Assembly: GCA_964618365.1 (NCBI GenBank)
Contig: CAZUAA010000002.1
Coordinates: 8,084-53,766 of the forward strand
Direction: 5' to 3'
Source of the DNA: an uncultured Candidatus Saccharibacteria bacterium
Lineage (GTDB): Bacteria > Patescibacteriota > Minisyncoccia > Phycocordibacterales > UBA9973
Length of the DNA stretch: 45,683 nt
The notes beneath the pieces are model-generated. The model made no database searches. It saw only the letters and a list, made by a program, of their open reading frames with translations, and was not told the DNA's origin. The translations under genes and the position numbers were made by a program. Positions 8,949 to 18,295 of the stretch are shown one piece after another. How positions within the stretch are numbered: position 1 is the stretch's first letter; every line of letters begins with the position of its first letter.

Positions 8949-9206
8949 ATGGAAAATAATAAAACAAAATCAATGATTATCTGGCTAGTCGTTGTTATAA
9001 TATTGATACTCATAGTCTTTATAGTCTTAAAAAATCCTAACAAGATGAAAAAGATGCCACCAGTAAGTCAAGATATAGTAGAGTTAAATAATGCTATAAA
9101 AAATGATACACCGGAAGCTATCACAGAGAATCTAAATCAAATCGATATGACAGATACTACTGATGAAGATCTAAAAGCGATAGATGAAGAATTAAAAAAT
9201 CTATAA
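8949..9206 (+). CDS. Small membrane-anchored hypothetical protein.
   Basis: One TM helix (MIIWLVVVIILILIVFIVL) and an acidic tail. Followed by the terminator at 9219-9250. Confidence 0.6.
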   Translation: MENNKTKSMIIWLVVVIILILIVFIVLKNPNKMKKMPPVSQDIVELNNAIKNDTPEAITENLNQIDMTDTTDEDLKAIDEELKNL

Positions 9207-9218
9207 TTTTAAGCTCAC

Positions 9219-9250
9219 AAAACCCCGATCTGGTCGGGGTTTTGTTGTTT
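9219..9250 (+). terminator. Rho-independent terminator.
   Basis: aaaaccccga-tctgg-tcggggtttt followed by a T-rich tail. Confidence 0.8.
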
Positions 9251-9268
9251 TTATAATAATCCTTTTGA

Positions 9269-9277
9269 TGGTAAAAT
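9269..9277 (+). promoter_or_regulatory. Extended -10 (TGGTAAAAT), 7 nt before the rarA ATG at 9285.
   Basis: Sequence match, downstream of the terminator at 9219-9250. Confidence 0.5.
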
Positions 9278-9284
9278 ATGAATT

Positions 9285-10436
9285 ATGGAACCATTAGCAT
9301 CAAAAATAAGACCTCAAAATTTAGATGAATTTGTAGGGCAAAAACACCTTATAGATAAAGATAAACCACTCTATATTGCTATAACTAAAAAGCATCTTTT
9401 TTCTTTTATACTTTGGGGCCCGCCTGGAGTCGGCAAAACTACGCTGGCGAGAATTTATGCCAAATCTTTAAATGCAGAATTTTTTGAGTTATCGGCCGTT
9501 TCAGCTGGTAAAGATGACATAAGAGCAATCGTAGATGAAAAAAAATCTGGAGGAAATTTATTTGGACCTAAAATTCTTTTCTTAGATGAGATACATAGAT
9601 TCAACAAAGCTCAGCAAGATTTCCTTCTCCCTTATGTAGAAAGTGGTAAGCTTACTTTAATCGGAGCAACTACAGAGAACCCAAGCTTTGAGGTGATACC
9701 TGCACTACTATCTAGATGTAAGGTTTTTGTCTTAGAAGGACTAAAAGATGAAAACATAGAGAAGATAATAAAAAGAACTGGGTATAAAATAAAAAAAGAT
9801 GCAATAAAATGGCTAATATCATTTTCAAATGGTGATGCAAGGCAAGCAATAACTACAATTGAAAATACAATAAATCTTTACAAAGAATTAACACTCGAGA
9901 ATTTAAAAAATGCCGTTCAGTCAAAATTTATAAGATATGACAAGAGGGGAGACGAGCATTATAATCTCGTAAGTGCTTTTATAAAAAGTATGAGAGCTTC
10001 CCAACCAGACCCTACTTTGTATTACTTGTCAAGGATGATAGAGGCAGGGGAAGATCCAAAATTTATAGGGAGAAGAATGGTGATTTTTGCAAGTGAAGAT
10101 ATTGGACTTGCACAGCCGACAGCCCTCGTGGTCGCCAATGAGGTTTTCCGTGCTGTGGAGACTATAGGATACCCAGAATGTGCCATAAACTTGGCCCATG
10201 GAGCAGTTTATCTGGCACAAGCCAAGAAAGATCGAAGTGCTTATGAAGCCTTTAGAATGGCCCAAAATGATGTAAAAACCTATGGAAACCTAAATATACC
10301 ACTCAATCTCAGAAATCCTTCCACAAAGCTCCTAGAAGGCCTAGGATACGGCAAAGGTTATGAAAAGTATACAAAAGAAGACCTAATGCCCGAAAAATTG
10401 AAAAATAAAAGGTACCTAAAGACTAAAAAAGTATAA
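9285..10436 (+). CDS. rarA: Replication-associated recombination protein A (MgsA/RarA AAA+ ATPase).
   Basis: Motifs GPPGVGKTTLA, LFLDEIHRFNK, GATTENPSF and the MgsA C-terminal region (YDKRGDEHYN, GEDP.FI.RR). Confidence 0.9.
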   Translation: MEPLASKIRPQNLDEFVGQKHLIDKDKPLYIAITKKHLFSFILWGPPGVGKTTLARIYAKSLNAEFFELSAVSAGKDDIRAIVDEKKSGGNLFGPKILFLDEIHRFNKAQQDFLLPYVESGKLTLIGATTENPSFEVIPALLSRCKVFVLEGLKDENIEKIIKRTGYKIKKDAIKWLISFSNGDARQAITTIENTINLYKELTLENLKNAVQSKFIRYDKRGDEHYNLVSAFIKSMRASQPDPTLYYLSRMIEAGEDPKFIGRRMVIFASEDIGLAQPTALVVANEVFRAVETIGYPECAINLAHGAVYLAQAKKDRSAYEAFRMAQNDVKTYGNLNIPLNLRNPSTKLLEGLGYGKGYEKYTKEDLMPEKLKNKRYLKTKKV

Positions 10437-10618
10437 AGGTATTGCAAAAATACAAAAAAAGAGTTATTCTTTAATCTAAAAGATAGAGTAAAAAAATGTT
10501 TTTTAACTTTTTAAATTTTAGCTTATGATAAAAGTACCATTTTACAGAAAAACCATTCAAACTACCGGATTAAAAGGCGGTAGTAAAAACTTAGTTAGAA
10601 ACTTTAAAAAACCAAAAA

Positions 10619-10804
10619 ATGGGTCATCGTCGCAGTAATAAAGGATTTGGGAAAAGAAATCTTTTCCCCGGAAAAAGTAACAATAAAAATAAAACCGTAA
10701 AAGTGACGACCATAGGAGGGTATGCTGATATCATTGGAGACGATGGAATGATACGAACTATCGTAAATCCAAAAAAAAGAGATATCTTTGGTTTCTCTCA
10801 TTAA
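10619..10804 (+). CDS. Basic hypothetical protein. May be the 3' part of a homopolymer-frameshifted gene that starts at 10525.
   Basis: A 61-aa ORF followed by the terminator at 10817-10846. A 37-codon ORF (10525-10638) in another frame overlaps its start across two A6 runs. Confidence 0.35.
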   Translation: MGHRRSNKGFGKRNLFPGKSNNKNKTVKVTTIGGYADIIGDDGMIRTIVNPKKRDIFGFSH

Positions 10805-10816
10805 GAAGTTAAACAC

Positions 10817-10846
10817 GGGGCTGGTAATACCAGCCTTTGTTTTTTA
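10817..10846 (+). terminator. Rho-independent terminator.
   Basis: GGCTGG-taata-CCAGCC followed by TTTGTTTTTT. Confidence 0.7.
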
Positions 10847-10934
10847 TATTTTAATGTCGTAAAAGATATATTGTGCGACATTATCATATCTTTTAAATAA
10901 AGGAATATTGAAATCCCCCTATCTATAAATAGGA

Positions 10935-11864
10935 CTATTCTATATTAGCCAAACATTCATTAAAAGATTTAACTTGTATATTATATTTATCTATTTTTTC
11001 TTTAACTTCTTTTACAGTTTCATTGAAATCATTTACAACAGAATTATATTTTATTATCTGCTCTGTGGTCGTCATCCCCTCGTATAGTCCCCCGTTTTCT
11101 ATCTTTTCCTTCCTGTTGTTAAGGTCTTCACCCATATCACTTATCTTTTCATTCAAGAAATTAATAGAATTCTTTAAAACCTCATCTACAATAGGGCAAG
11201 CATTCTTGGGAAGACCAAAGTGTTGAACCGCCATCCAGACATTATTGCCTTCATATTTACCATATTTAATAGCTACACCTATTTCTGTGTAATTTTTATT
11301 TATAATATTAGCTCTATGACCCTCACTATTCATCCAGGCTTTTATAAGATCTTCATTATTCTCAAACGAGCCCATAGCAAGATTTTCTCCCATTAAAATA
11401 TATTGGTATGATACTTGATCACCCAAGTCTCCTACTTCTACACCAGATGGAGATACATGTTCGAAATAAACTTTAGCAAACATATCGTCTACCTTTTTTT
11501 GAGCAGATAAATTTAACTTCTCGTTTACCCGGAGAGCATCTAGTCCTTGCTCAAGGACTCTTATTTCATTTGTAAGTCTAATCACGCCATCACGAGAAAG
11601 CGAATCGCTGGAAGTAATTTCTTTATTAAAAATTTTATCTGTGACAACAAGAGCTCCAGGAGTTTTTATCTTATCTGGTAATTGTGTTAATTCATTTCGA
11701 CTTTCTTTTATTTTAATACTAGTGCTTTTTGCTAAGTCAGTAGCAATAGTACTATTATTAAAAGAAGAAGCCAAACTATTATAAATAACCGTAAGGTCTT
11801 CCCTTATAATAAAAAGTGAAATAACAACGAACATTATTATAAAAATTTGATAAAATAATCGCAT
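10935..11864 (-). CDS. Membrane-anchored CAP/SCP (YkwD-like) domain protein.
   Basis: N-terminal TM helix, then the CAP-domain core GENLAMG...AWMNSEGHRANI..NYTEIGVA. Confidence 0.8.
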   Translation of the reverse strand: MRLFYQIFIIMFVVISLFIIREDLTVIYNSLASSFNNSTIATDLAKSTSIKIKESRNELTQLPDKIKTPGALVVTDKIFNKEITSSDSLSRDGVIRLTNEIRVLEQGLDALRVNEKLNLSAQKKVDDMFAKVYFEHVSPSGVEVGDLGDQVSYQYILMGENLAMGSFENNEDLIKAWMNSEGHRANIINKNYTEIGVAIKYGKYEGNNVWMAVQHFGLPKNACPIVDEVLKNSINFLNEKISDMGEDLNNRKEKIENGGLYEGMTTTEQIIKYNSVVNDFNETVKEVKEKIDKYNIQVKSFNECLANIE

Positions 11865-11867
11865 AAA

Positions 11868-12251
11868 TTATTTACAGGAAGTTGCAAAACTATACCCTGT
11901 TTTCTCTGCTTCATCTTTCGAAGAAAACCAGATTTGATTTTCTTCTTTTATCCTACTTGCACCACTACAATTTAAACTATAATATAGTTTACCATTTTTT
12001 GAAGCAACATACTTCTTTTCTTCTTTATCATTTGTGGAAAAGTCTTCCCCTTCTATCCCCTTCTCTTCAGAATTTTTTATTGTATAATTTTTTACTTCTT
12101 TATCTTCATTATCTTTATTCATCTCTACAGAAATCCTGCCTAAAGCAAAAGAACTCAAGGCGACCCCTATAATAATAAGAGAAAAAACTATATGGAAATT
12201 GTCTACCCCTAAATAACCCTTGATTTTATTTAAAAAATGATTTATACTCAT
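11868..12251 (-). CDS. Membrane-anchored protein with a C-terminal Cys-containing (Ada-like/sunset-type) small domain.
   Basis: TM helix (HIVFSLIIIGVALSSFALG). C-terminus is KLYYSLNCSGASRIKEENQIWFSSKDEAEKTGYSFATSCK. The family name is from memory only. Confidence 0.6.
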   Translation of the reverse strand: MSINHFLNKIKGYLGVDNFHIVFSLIIIGVALSSFALGRISVEMNKDNEDKEVKNYTIKNSEEKGIEGEDFSTNDKEEKKYVASKNGKLYYSLNCSGASRIKEENQIWFSSKDEAEKTGYSFATSCK

Positions 12252-12324
12252 ATGAGTTAATTATAAATCATTTGGGGTTAATTTGTAAGGCTTTTATCAA
12301 CAATTACCCCTTTAAACACACAAT

Positions 12325-12597
12325 ATGGCACATAGGAAAGCCGGAGGATCGGCGAAAAACTTAACAGATTCAAAACCAAAGTACCTAGGTACTAAACTTT
12401 ATGATGGAGAAACTGCAAAAGCAGGATCTGTAATCATAAGACAGCGCGGTACTAAAATACTTCCAGGTAAAAATACTCGTATCGGTAAAGACCATACAAT
12501 ATTTTCAATGAAAGAAGGTAAAGTTAAATTTAGTACAAAAAGAAAACAAAACTTTAACAGAACCACTTCAGTTAAAAAAGTAGTAAATGTAATGTAA
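12325..12597 (+). CDS. rpmA: 50S ribosomal protein L27.
   Basis: [12 protein letters not shown]....K.LG.K..DGE....[14 protein letters not shown]. Confidence 0.95.
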   Translation: MAHRKAGGSAKNLTDSKPKYLGTKLYDGETAKAGSVIIRQRGTKILPGKNTRIGKDHTIFSMKEGKVKFSTKRKQNFNRTTSVKKVVNVM

Positions 12598-12606
12598 ATC
12601 TAAATA

Positions 12607-12638
12607 AAAATTCCTCAGACTTGAGTCTGAGGAATTTT
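12607..12638. terminator. Bidirectional terminator between rpmA and the convergent operon.
   Basis: 14-bp stem aaaattcctcagac/gtctgaggaatttt. Confidence 0.8.
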
Positions 12639-13180
12639 TATTTAGACACACTTATCACTCCATCATATTTATCACTTATAATATGAGCCGAATATTTTGG
12701 TAAATCTAATTTATTTTTTGGCACAAGATCCTCTGGATAAGAAAAAAATATTTTTGTTTTAAATTCTTTCTTTAATAATTCATCTTTAAAAATACATCTA
12801 TTTAAATCACCAGAAAATATAACTAATTTATTATCCTTAAGTACTTCAAATAATTTTCTATCATAATTATCTATATTTTTAAATAAAATTATTCTTTCGG
12901 AAATATCAGAAATCTCTTCAAGTTGTTTTATAAATAAATCATCATTTCCTGATTCTATTATTAAAATTTTTTCATTTATAAGATTACCGACTTCTTCTTT
13001 AAATAATTCTTTAGCTTGATCATAAGCTGAAAACAAAAGAACCTTCTCCCCATGCTTAAATAAATCAACCATAATTTTTATGCTAAAAAAAGAAGAACCT
13101 TCTCCGGGAGCACCAGAAATAAGCATGGGGAAATCTTCATGATCAAACTTTATTATTTCATTATTAATTATCATTTTCAT
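12638..13180 (-). CDS. RecA/KaiC-fold-like protein with a degenerate (lysine-less) P-loop.
   Basis: PMLISGAPGEGSSFFSIKIMVDLFKHGEKVLLFSAY resembles the P-loop strand-helix of RecA/KaiC-type ATPases, but GEGSS replaces GxGK[ST]. It is the last gene of the Cys-rich paralogue operon, 15 nt after the previous stop. Confidence 0.6.
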   Translation of the reverse strand: MKMIINNEIIKFDHEDFPMLISGAPGEGSSFFSIKIMVDLFKHGEKVLLFSAYDQAKELFKEEVGNLINEKILIIESGNDDLFIKQLEEISDISERIILFKNIDNYDRKLFEVLKDNKLVIFSGDLNRCIFKDELLKKEFKTKIFFSYPEDLVPKNKLDLPKYSAHIISDKYDGVISVSK

Positions 13181-13195
13181 AATTAAAGTATATCA

Positions 13196-14893
13196 TTAAT
13201 AAACCTCATTTTGATAACAACGCTCACAATATATAATCTCTGGTCTATCTGGAGCATAACTTGTCTCGAATTCATTAGTACAGCCTTCTTTCATACAAGA
13301 ACGATGATAAAGGATCATGGGGTTACGTAGAGATAGTCTTTCTTTATATCTTTCATCTGGGTGTAAGTGAGGGATAGGTATATTCATTCTTCTATAGAAT
13401 TGTAATTCAAATGGGGTTATTTTGTAAGCACGGTGAGATTTCTCACATTCAATGACTTCATTTAGGATAGAGTCATCTATATCTTTAATATTGTCAGAGA
13501 TATCACTGGCTTTTAGAGTAATAGTATATGTGTTATCTACTTTTTCTTTATATGGATAACCTCTTTCTATTATTTCTTCTTTTGATAATGGAAAGTGATC
13601 ATTGATTACTGCTTCATTGTATCCAAATGGGCATAGTTCATATGGGAAGAATTCACCATACTTGTATACCCTACCCTTGCTATCTATGTAGGGCATGTCA
13701 GACATATGTTTCTTTATTTTATCTACCATAGAGAAATATTCTTCCTTTGAATATTGTTTGTTTAGGATACAGTATTGTTTGTTTTTGAGGGCGATGCAAC
13801 CGAAGAGGTTGGAGGAGGAATATGAAAAATCTGAATATTCTGATTCACGAAGATTTATATTACCATTTGAAATAAATTTAACATCATACCCATCGGTTGC
13901 TCCTAATGTATGCTCATATACCAAATTACCTCTTAAACTATGAGAAGTATCCATAACATCCTTGTTTCCAACATTTCGATATCCATATTTAACATTTTCA
14001 GCATCTATAACATTAAAAGAGTTGCTTGTATTTTTACAATTTCTCAATTCGTCCCCAGATGAATTTTGAGAATTAATAATATTCGCATACTTCCTAGGAA
14101 ATTGTAAAGAAAATTTCCAAAACTCTTTTTTAAAACTTTCAATAAACGAATGACTACTCATATCTAATTCTTTCATCTTCTCCTCATACACTTCTTTGGT
14201 ATATTGTTCATTTAAAATACAATATCTTTGATTATTTAAATTTACGCAACCAAAACAGTCTTGGCAGTTATTACAGTTAAGAATGAAGTTGCAGTTTATA
14301 CAGGAAGAAGACCAATATGAATATTGGCAAAAATAATTTTTGTTAGCTCCCATATTTTCATATAATAATTCACTACTTGTTATATTATAGGAATCAATTA
14401 TTTGTTTAGAGGAATCAATATTACTTGAATAATAAACGTATTCTGAATTTAAAATTACAGAAAACGCTAAATATACATCCTTAACCCCAGAAACAATATT
14501 TGTAAATTCACAATTTTTATTTTCTCCATGAGTATACAACGAAACCCTTGGAATTTTATTAAACAAATTACTAAATTGCTCAAAAAAAGATTGGGAAAAA
14601 TCATAATCTTTTACATATGTTTCAGCACCCCAATTATCACTTTTATAACACTCTGGACAGTATACAGGAAAAGGAGATTTATCATCATACATAGCAATAA
14701 TATTTTTCTTACACATATCGCAAGTTCTTTTATATAAAGATCTTTCATTTCTCCATATCATTCTACGAACGAAACGACAATGGGGGCAAAAGGTTGGTGG
14801 TGGGACTTTAATTTTCTCATAAAACAAAAAATCATCGGGCTCGATAGTAAAGTCTTTTTTACAATTTTGACAATTTCTTGTTTGTGGTTCCAT
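13196..14893 (-). CDS. Cys-rich zinc-ribbon repeat protein, paralogue 1 (565 aa).
   Basis: N-terminal CxxC...CPxCR...CxxC...CxxC module, then internal Cys/Asn-rich repeats ending CFGCVNLNNQRYCILNEQYTKEVY and FGCIALKNKQYCILNKQYSKEEY. The C-terminal module ends YAPDRPEIIYCERCYQNEVY. Confidence 0.85.
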   Translation of the reverse strand: MEPQTRNCQNCKKDFTIEPDDFLFYEKIKVPPPTFCPHCRFVRRMIWRNERSLYKRTCDMCKKNIIAMYDDKSPFPVYCPECYKSDNWGAETYVKDYDFSQSFFEQFSNLFNKIPRVSLYTHGENKNCEFTNIVSGVKDVYLAFSVILNSEYVYYSSNIDSSKQIIDSYNITSSELLYENMGANKNYFCQYSYWSSSCINCNFILNCNNCQDCFGCVNLNNQRYCILNEQYTKEVYEEKMKELDMSSHSFIESFKKEFWKFSLQFPRKYANIINSQNSSGDELRNCKNTSNSFNVIDAENVKYGYRNVGNKDVMDTSHSLRGNLVYEHTLGATDGYDVKFISNGNINLRESEYSDFSYSSSNLFGCIALKNKQYCILNKQYSKEEYFSMVDKIKKHMSDMPYIDSKGRVYKYGEFFPYELCPFGYNEAVINDHFPLSKEEIIERGYPYKEKVDNTYTITLKASDISDNIKDIDDSILNEVIECEKSHRAYKITPFELQFYRRMNIPIPHLHPDERYKERLSLRNPMILYHRSCMKEGCTNEFETSYAPDRPEIIYCERCYQNEVY

Positions 14894-14908
14894 AATTAAA
14901 TTATATCA

Positions 14909-16567
14909 TTAATACACTTCTTGCTGATAACAGTGTTCACAGTAAACTATCTCTGGCCTATCTGGGGCATAATTAGTTTTAATGTCTTTACTACATTTGT
15001 CACATTTACGATCCCAGAATTTATATGGGCCTCTTCTTTCTATTCTATTTTTATGTCTACAAAAGAAACATTTTCTAGGTATTGGTAGTTTCATCTTTTT
15101 ATAGAAAAATAGTTCTTGTTCTGTTATTTTATAGTTTCTTTCACAATCTATGCATCTTAATATTTCTTTAGTTATATCATTGTTTATATTATCTATATGG
15201 TCAGGTATTTCTTCTGGTTTTAATGTTTCTTTTCCTTTGGTCATCTGTATATTATCTTCCCAACGGAAACCTTGAGCTAGAGCTTCTTGTTTGGTGAGAG
15301 GCATATTGTCTTGGGCTATTGTTTCGTTGTAGGCAAATGGAGCTATCTCTGGAGGCATCATAAGCCCATATATTCCCCTTTCAGTAAGTTCTTTGATTAT
15401 ATGATTTTTTAATTCTTCATATTCTTCTTTTGTATATTGTTTATTTAAAATACAATACTCAGCATTTTTGAGTCCATCACAACCGATGCAATCATGGCAA
15501 TTATTTAACATATGTGAATACAAGATATTTCTTGAATTTGTGACAGAACAAGAACCTATAACATTAGAAGAATACCCGACAGCTGTACACTCTAAAAGAT
15601 TTTCACACTTAAAACCAAAACCCACAGTCCCAATTGAATCTTTAATTTCCTTACTAGCAAATATAAATTTGCAATTTTCTCCATTTGCTATTTCAAAAGA
15701 ATTATATACATTTTTACATTCAGTAAGATAGTCTCCATTGGAGTCAAAAGTTTTTAAATTATGATTCTCTCTATGAGGAAATTGTAGGCAAAAATCATTA
15801 AATTTATTCATCATTTCTTTCATTTTCGAGTAACTTCCAGTGATTTCTTTTAATCTATCTATGTATTCATCTCTTGTAATCTGTTCATTAAACCAACAAT
15901 AACTTTGATTTCGAAGGTTTATACATCCAAAACAATTTGTGAGACCACTACAATTTTTTATAAACATACAGTCAACACAATTATTTGAGTCTTGACCATA
16001 AATTACCTTTGAAGATTTAGGGCAATTCACACATTCATAATCTAATTCCATATCTAAACCATAATAACAATCCATAACTTCATTAGAGGTTCTTACACCC
16101 TTAGTATATAAAGACTCTTCAAGGGGACCACAATTAAATACAAAATAACAATTCTTTAAACCACCAGCATAATTAGAATAATTACTATTTATATTGGGCC
16201 CAGATCCTAAAGAAATATATGTTGGAGATTTTGGAACAATTTTTGTTAGACTACCTAATTGTTCAAAAAAACTTTTATTGTAATCATATGTAAATGAATA
16301 TTGATAACCATCCCACATATCTGAAGAATAATAATTATGAGAAACTACATTATATTTATTTTTTGAGTTATACATTGTAATAATCGATTCACCACTAACA
16401 GAACAAGACCCAGTATACAAACTTGTCTCATTTCTCCACATAGCTCGCATTTTAAATCTACAATCAGGGCATACTTCTGGTACTGGAACTTTCATTTTTT
16501 CATAAAAAGAAAGATCGTCTTGATCTAGGTTAAATTCAATATTACATTTTATGCATGTTTTATTCAT
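14909..16567 (-). CDS. Cys-rich zinc-ribbon repeat protein, paralogue 2 (552 aa).
   Basis: Same architecture as paralogue 1, with a complete C-terminal CxxC...CxxCR...CxxC...YCEHCYQQEVY module. Confidence 0.85.
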   Translation of the reverse strand: MNKTCIKCNIEFNLDQDDLSFYEKMKVPVPEVCPDCRFKMRAMWRNETSLYTGSCSVSGESIITMYNSKNKYNVVSHNYYSSDMWDGYQYSFTYDYNKSFFEQLGSLTKIVPKSPTYISLGSGPNINSNYSNYAGGLKNCYFVFNCGPLEESLYTKGVRTSNEVMDCYYGLDMELDYECVNCPKSSKVIYGQDSNNCVDCMFIKNCSGLTNCFGCINLRNQSYCWFNEQITRDEYIDRLKEITGSYSKMKEMMNKFNDFCLQFPHRENHNLKTFDSNGDYLTECKNVYNSFEIANGENCKFIFASKEIKDSIGTVGFGFKCENLLECTAVGYSSNVIGSCSVTNSRNILYSHMLNNCHDCIGCDGLKNAEYCILNKQYTKEEYEELKNHIIKELTERGIYGLMMPPEIAPFAYNETIAQDNMPLTKQEALAQGFRWEDNIQMTKGKETLKPEEIPDHIDNINNDITKEILRCIDCERNYKITEQELFFYKKMKLPIPRKCFFCRHKNRIERRGPYKFWDRKCDKCSKDIKTNYAPDRPEIVYCEHCYQQEVY

Positions 16568-16570
16568 ATA

Positions 16571-18286
16571 TTAATAAACCTCCTGCTGGTAACATTTCTC
16601 ACAATAAATAATCTCTGGTCTATCTGGTGAATAACTGGTTTCAAATTCATTAGTACATCCTTCTTTCATACAGGATCTATGCCAGAGTTTAAGAGGGTTT
16701 CTTTGGGAAAGTCTTTCGTAGTGTCTACAGTTAGGACAGAGTCTAGGGATAGGTAGATTCATACGGCGGTAGAATTGGTATTCTTCAGGGATTATCTTGA
16801 ATGCTTCTGTACATTGATGATTACAGTCTTTGTGGAGACATTCTATTACTTTACCTACTATTCCTTCATCTGTATCATTTATATCATCTGGAATGTCATT
16901 GTTTTTGATATCTATATTGTAATTTCTTTCTTCTTTCTCTTTCCATTTGTATCCTTGCTCTAATGCTTCCTCTTTAGTTAAAGGATAGTATTCTTGAGCT
17001 ATGGTTTCATTATAGGCAAAGGGAGAGAGTTCAGATGGGAAGAACTCTCCATATTTGTATACCCTACCCATACTATCTATGTAGGGCATGTCAGACATAT
17101 GTTTGATGATTTTGGGGACGACTACATCGAATTGTTCATAGGACTATAGGTGGTTCAAGACACAGTAGGATTTGTTTTTAAGACCAATGCAAGCGAAACA
17201 ATTAGAGCAAGAAGTTAGAGCAAAACAATAATTAACATTAAAAGAATTATTTCTAATCACTAAAGAAAATAGTGACTTAGAAATATTCATACTAACAGAC
17301 ATGGATTCATAAACATTATCAAGATTTAATCCGGCACTTGTACTATCATAAATATCTCGAGCTACTCCAACTATATCTTGAGAGTTTTTACTATTTTCTG
17401 TCTTGGAAATATTAAAGCCATTAAAAACATTTACACTTTCGGAAATATTATTACCAGAACAATTTTGTGATTTTAAAATGTTAGCATATTTTTTAGGATG
17501 TAAAACTAAAAATTCCTTAAACTCTTTTTTAAGAGAATCTAAATTATGATGTAAATCATATAAAAATTTATCTTTTATTTTTAGATATTCTTCTTTTGTA
17601 TATTGTTCGTTTTTATAACAATAAGTTTTGTTTCTTAAATTACAACACATTATGCAATCATTACAATTTACTGAATCTTGTAAAAAGTAACTATCCATAC
17701 AATCTTTTATATTATTACCATAACAAACCCTAAAACATTTCTGGCAATTTAATATCTCATAACAAAACTCATTATCCATAGAAAAATATATCTCCATGGA
17801 ATCTTTAGTCCTTAACCCAACATTAGAAAATCTCACATTTTCGATATAACCACCACCAAAACAATAGTGGCAATTATTTGCTTCAACAATAAAATTAACA
17901 TATGGTGAATTTTTATTTGAAATATGCCCATTAAGATTCATCTCTGGGACTTTTTTATATAGATTTAAATATTGTTCAAAAAAATTTATTGAAAAGTCAT
18001 ATGTCGAACCATAATCTAAAGCATCCCAACTATCACCAAGCCAACAATCCTGACAATAGACATTAATATCATCACCACCAAAAACTGATATCATTTTTTT
18101 ATCACAATTATTACAATTTCTATGATAGAAAGATCTTTCATTTCTCCATATCATTCGTCTTACCATTCTACATTCCGAGCAAAAAGTTGGTGCTGGAACT
18201 TTTATTTTCTCATAGAACACAAAATCATCCGACTCAATAATAAAGTCTTTCTTGCAGTTCTGGCATTGCTTTGTCTGTGATTCCAT
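16571..18286 (-). pseudogene. Cys-rich zinc-ribbon repeat protein, paralogue 3. A 571-codon frame is interrupted by one in-frame TAG at 17144-17146.
   Basis: ORFs 17144..18286 and 16571..17098 are in the same frame (573 nt apart). The 15 codons between the TAG and the next ATG are open and align with the paralogues (SYEQFDVVVPKIIKHMSDMPY vs SKEEYFSMVDKIKKHMSDMPY). Confidence 0.75.
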
Positions 18287-18295
18287 ATATTTTGA

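Noticed and set aside
12607-12638. The 14-15 bp perfect palindromes here and at 4603-4635 as possible terminal inverted repeats of a mobile element.
   Set aside because: Each is a single hairpin placed exactly between convergent genes and flanked by A/T runs. These are ordinary bidirectional terminators.
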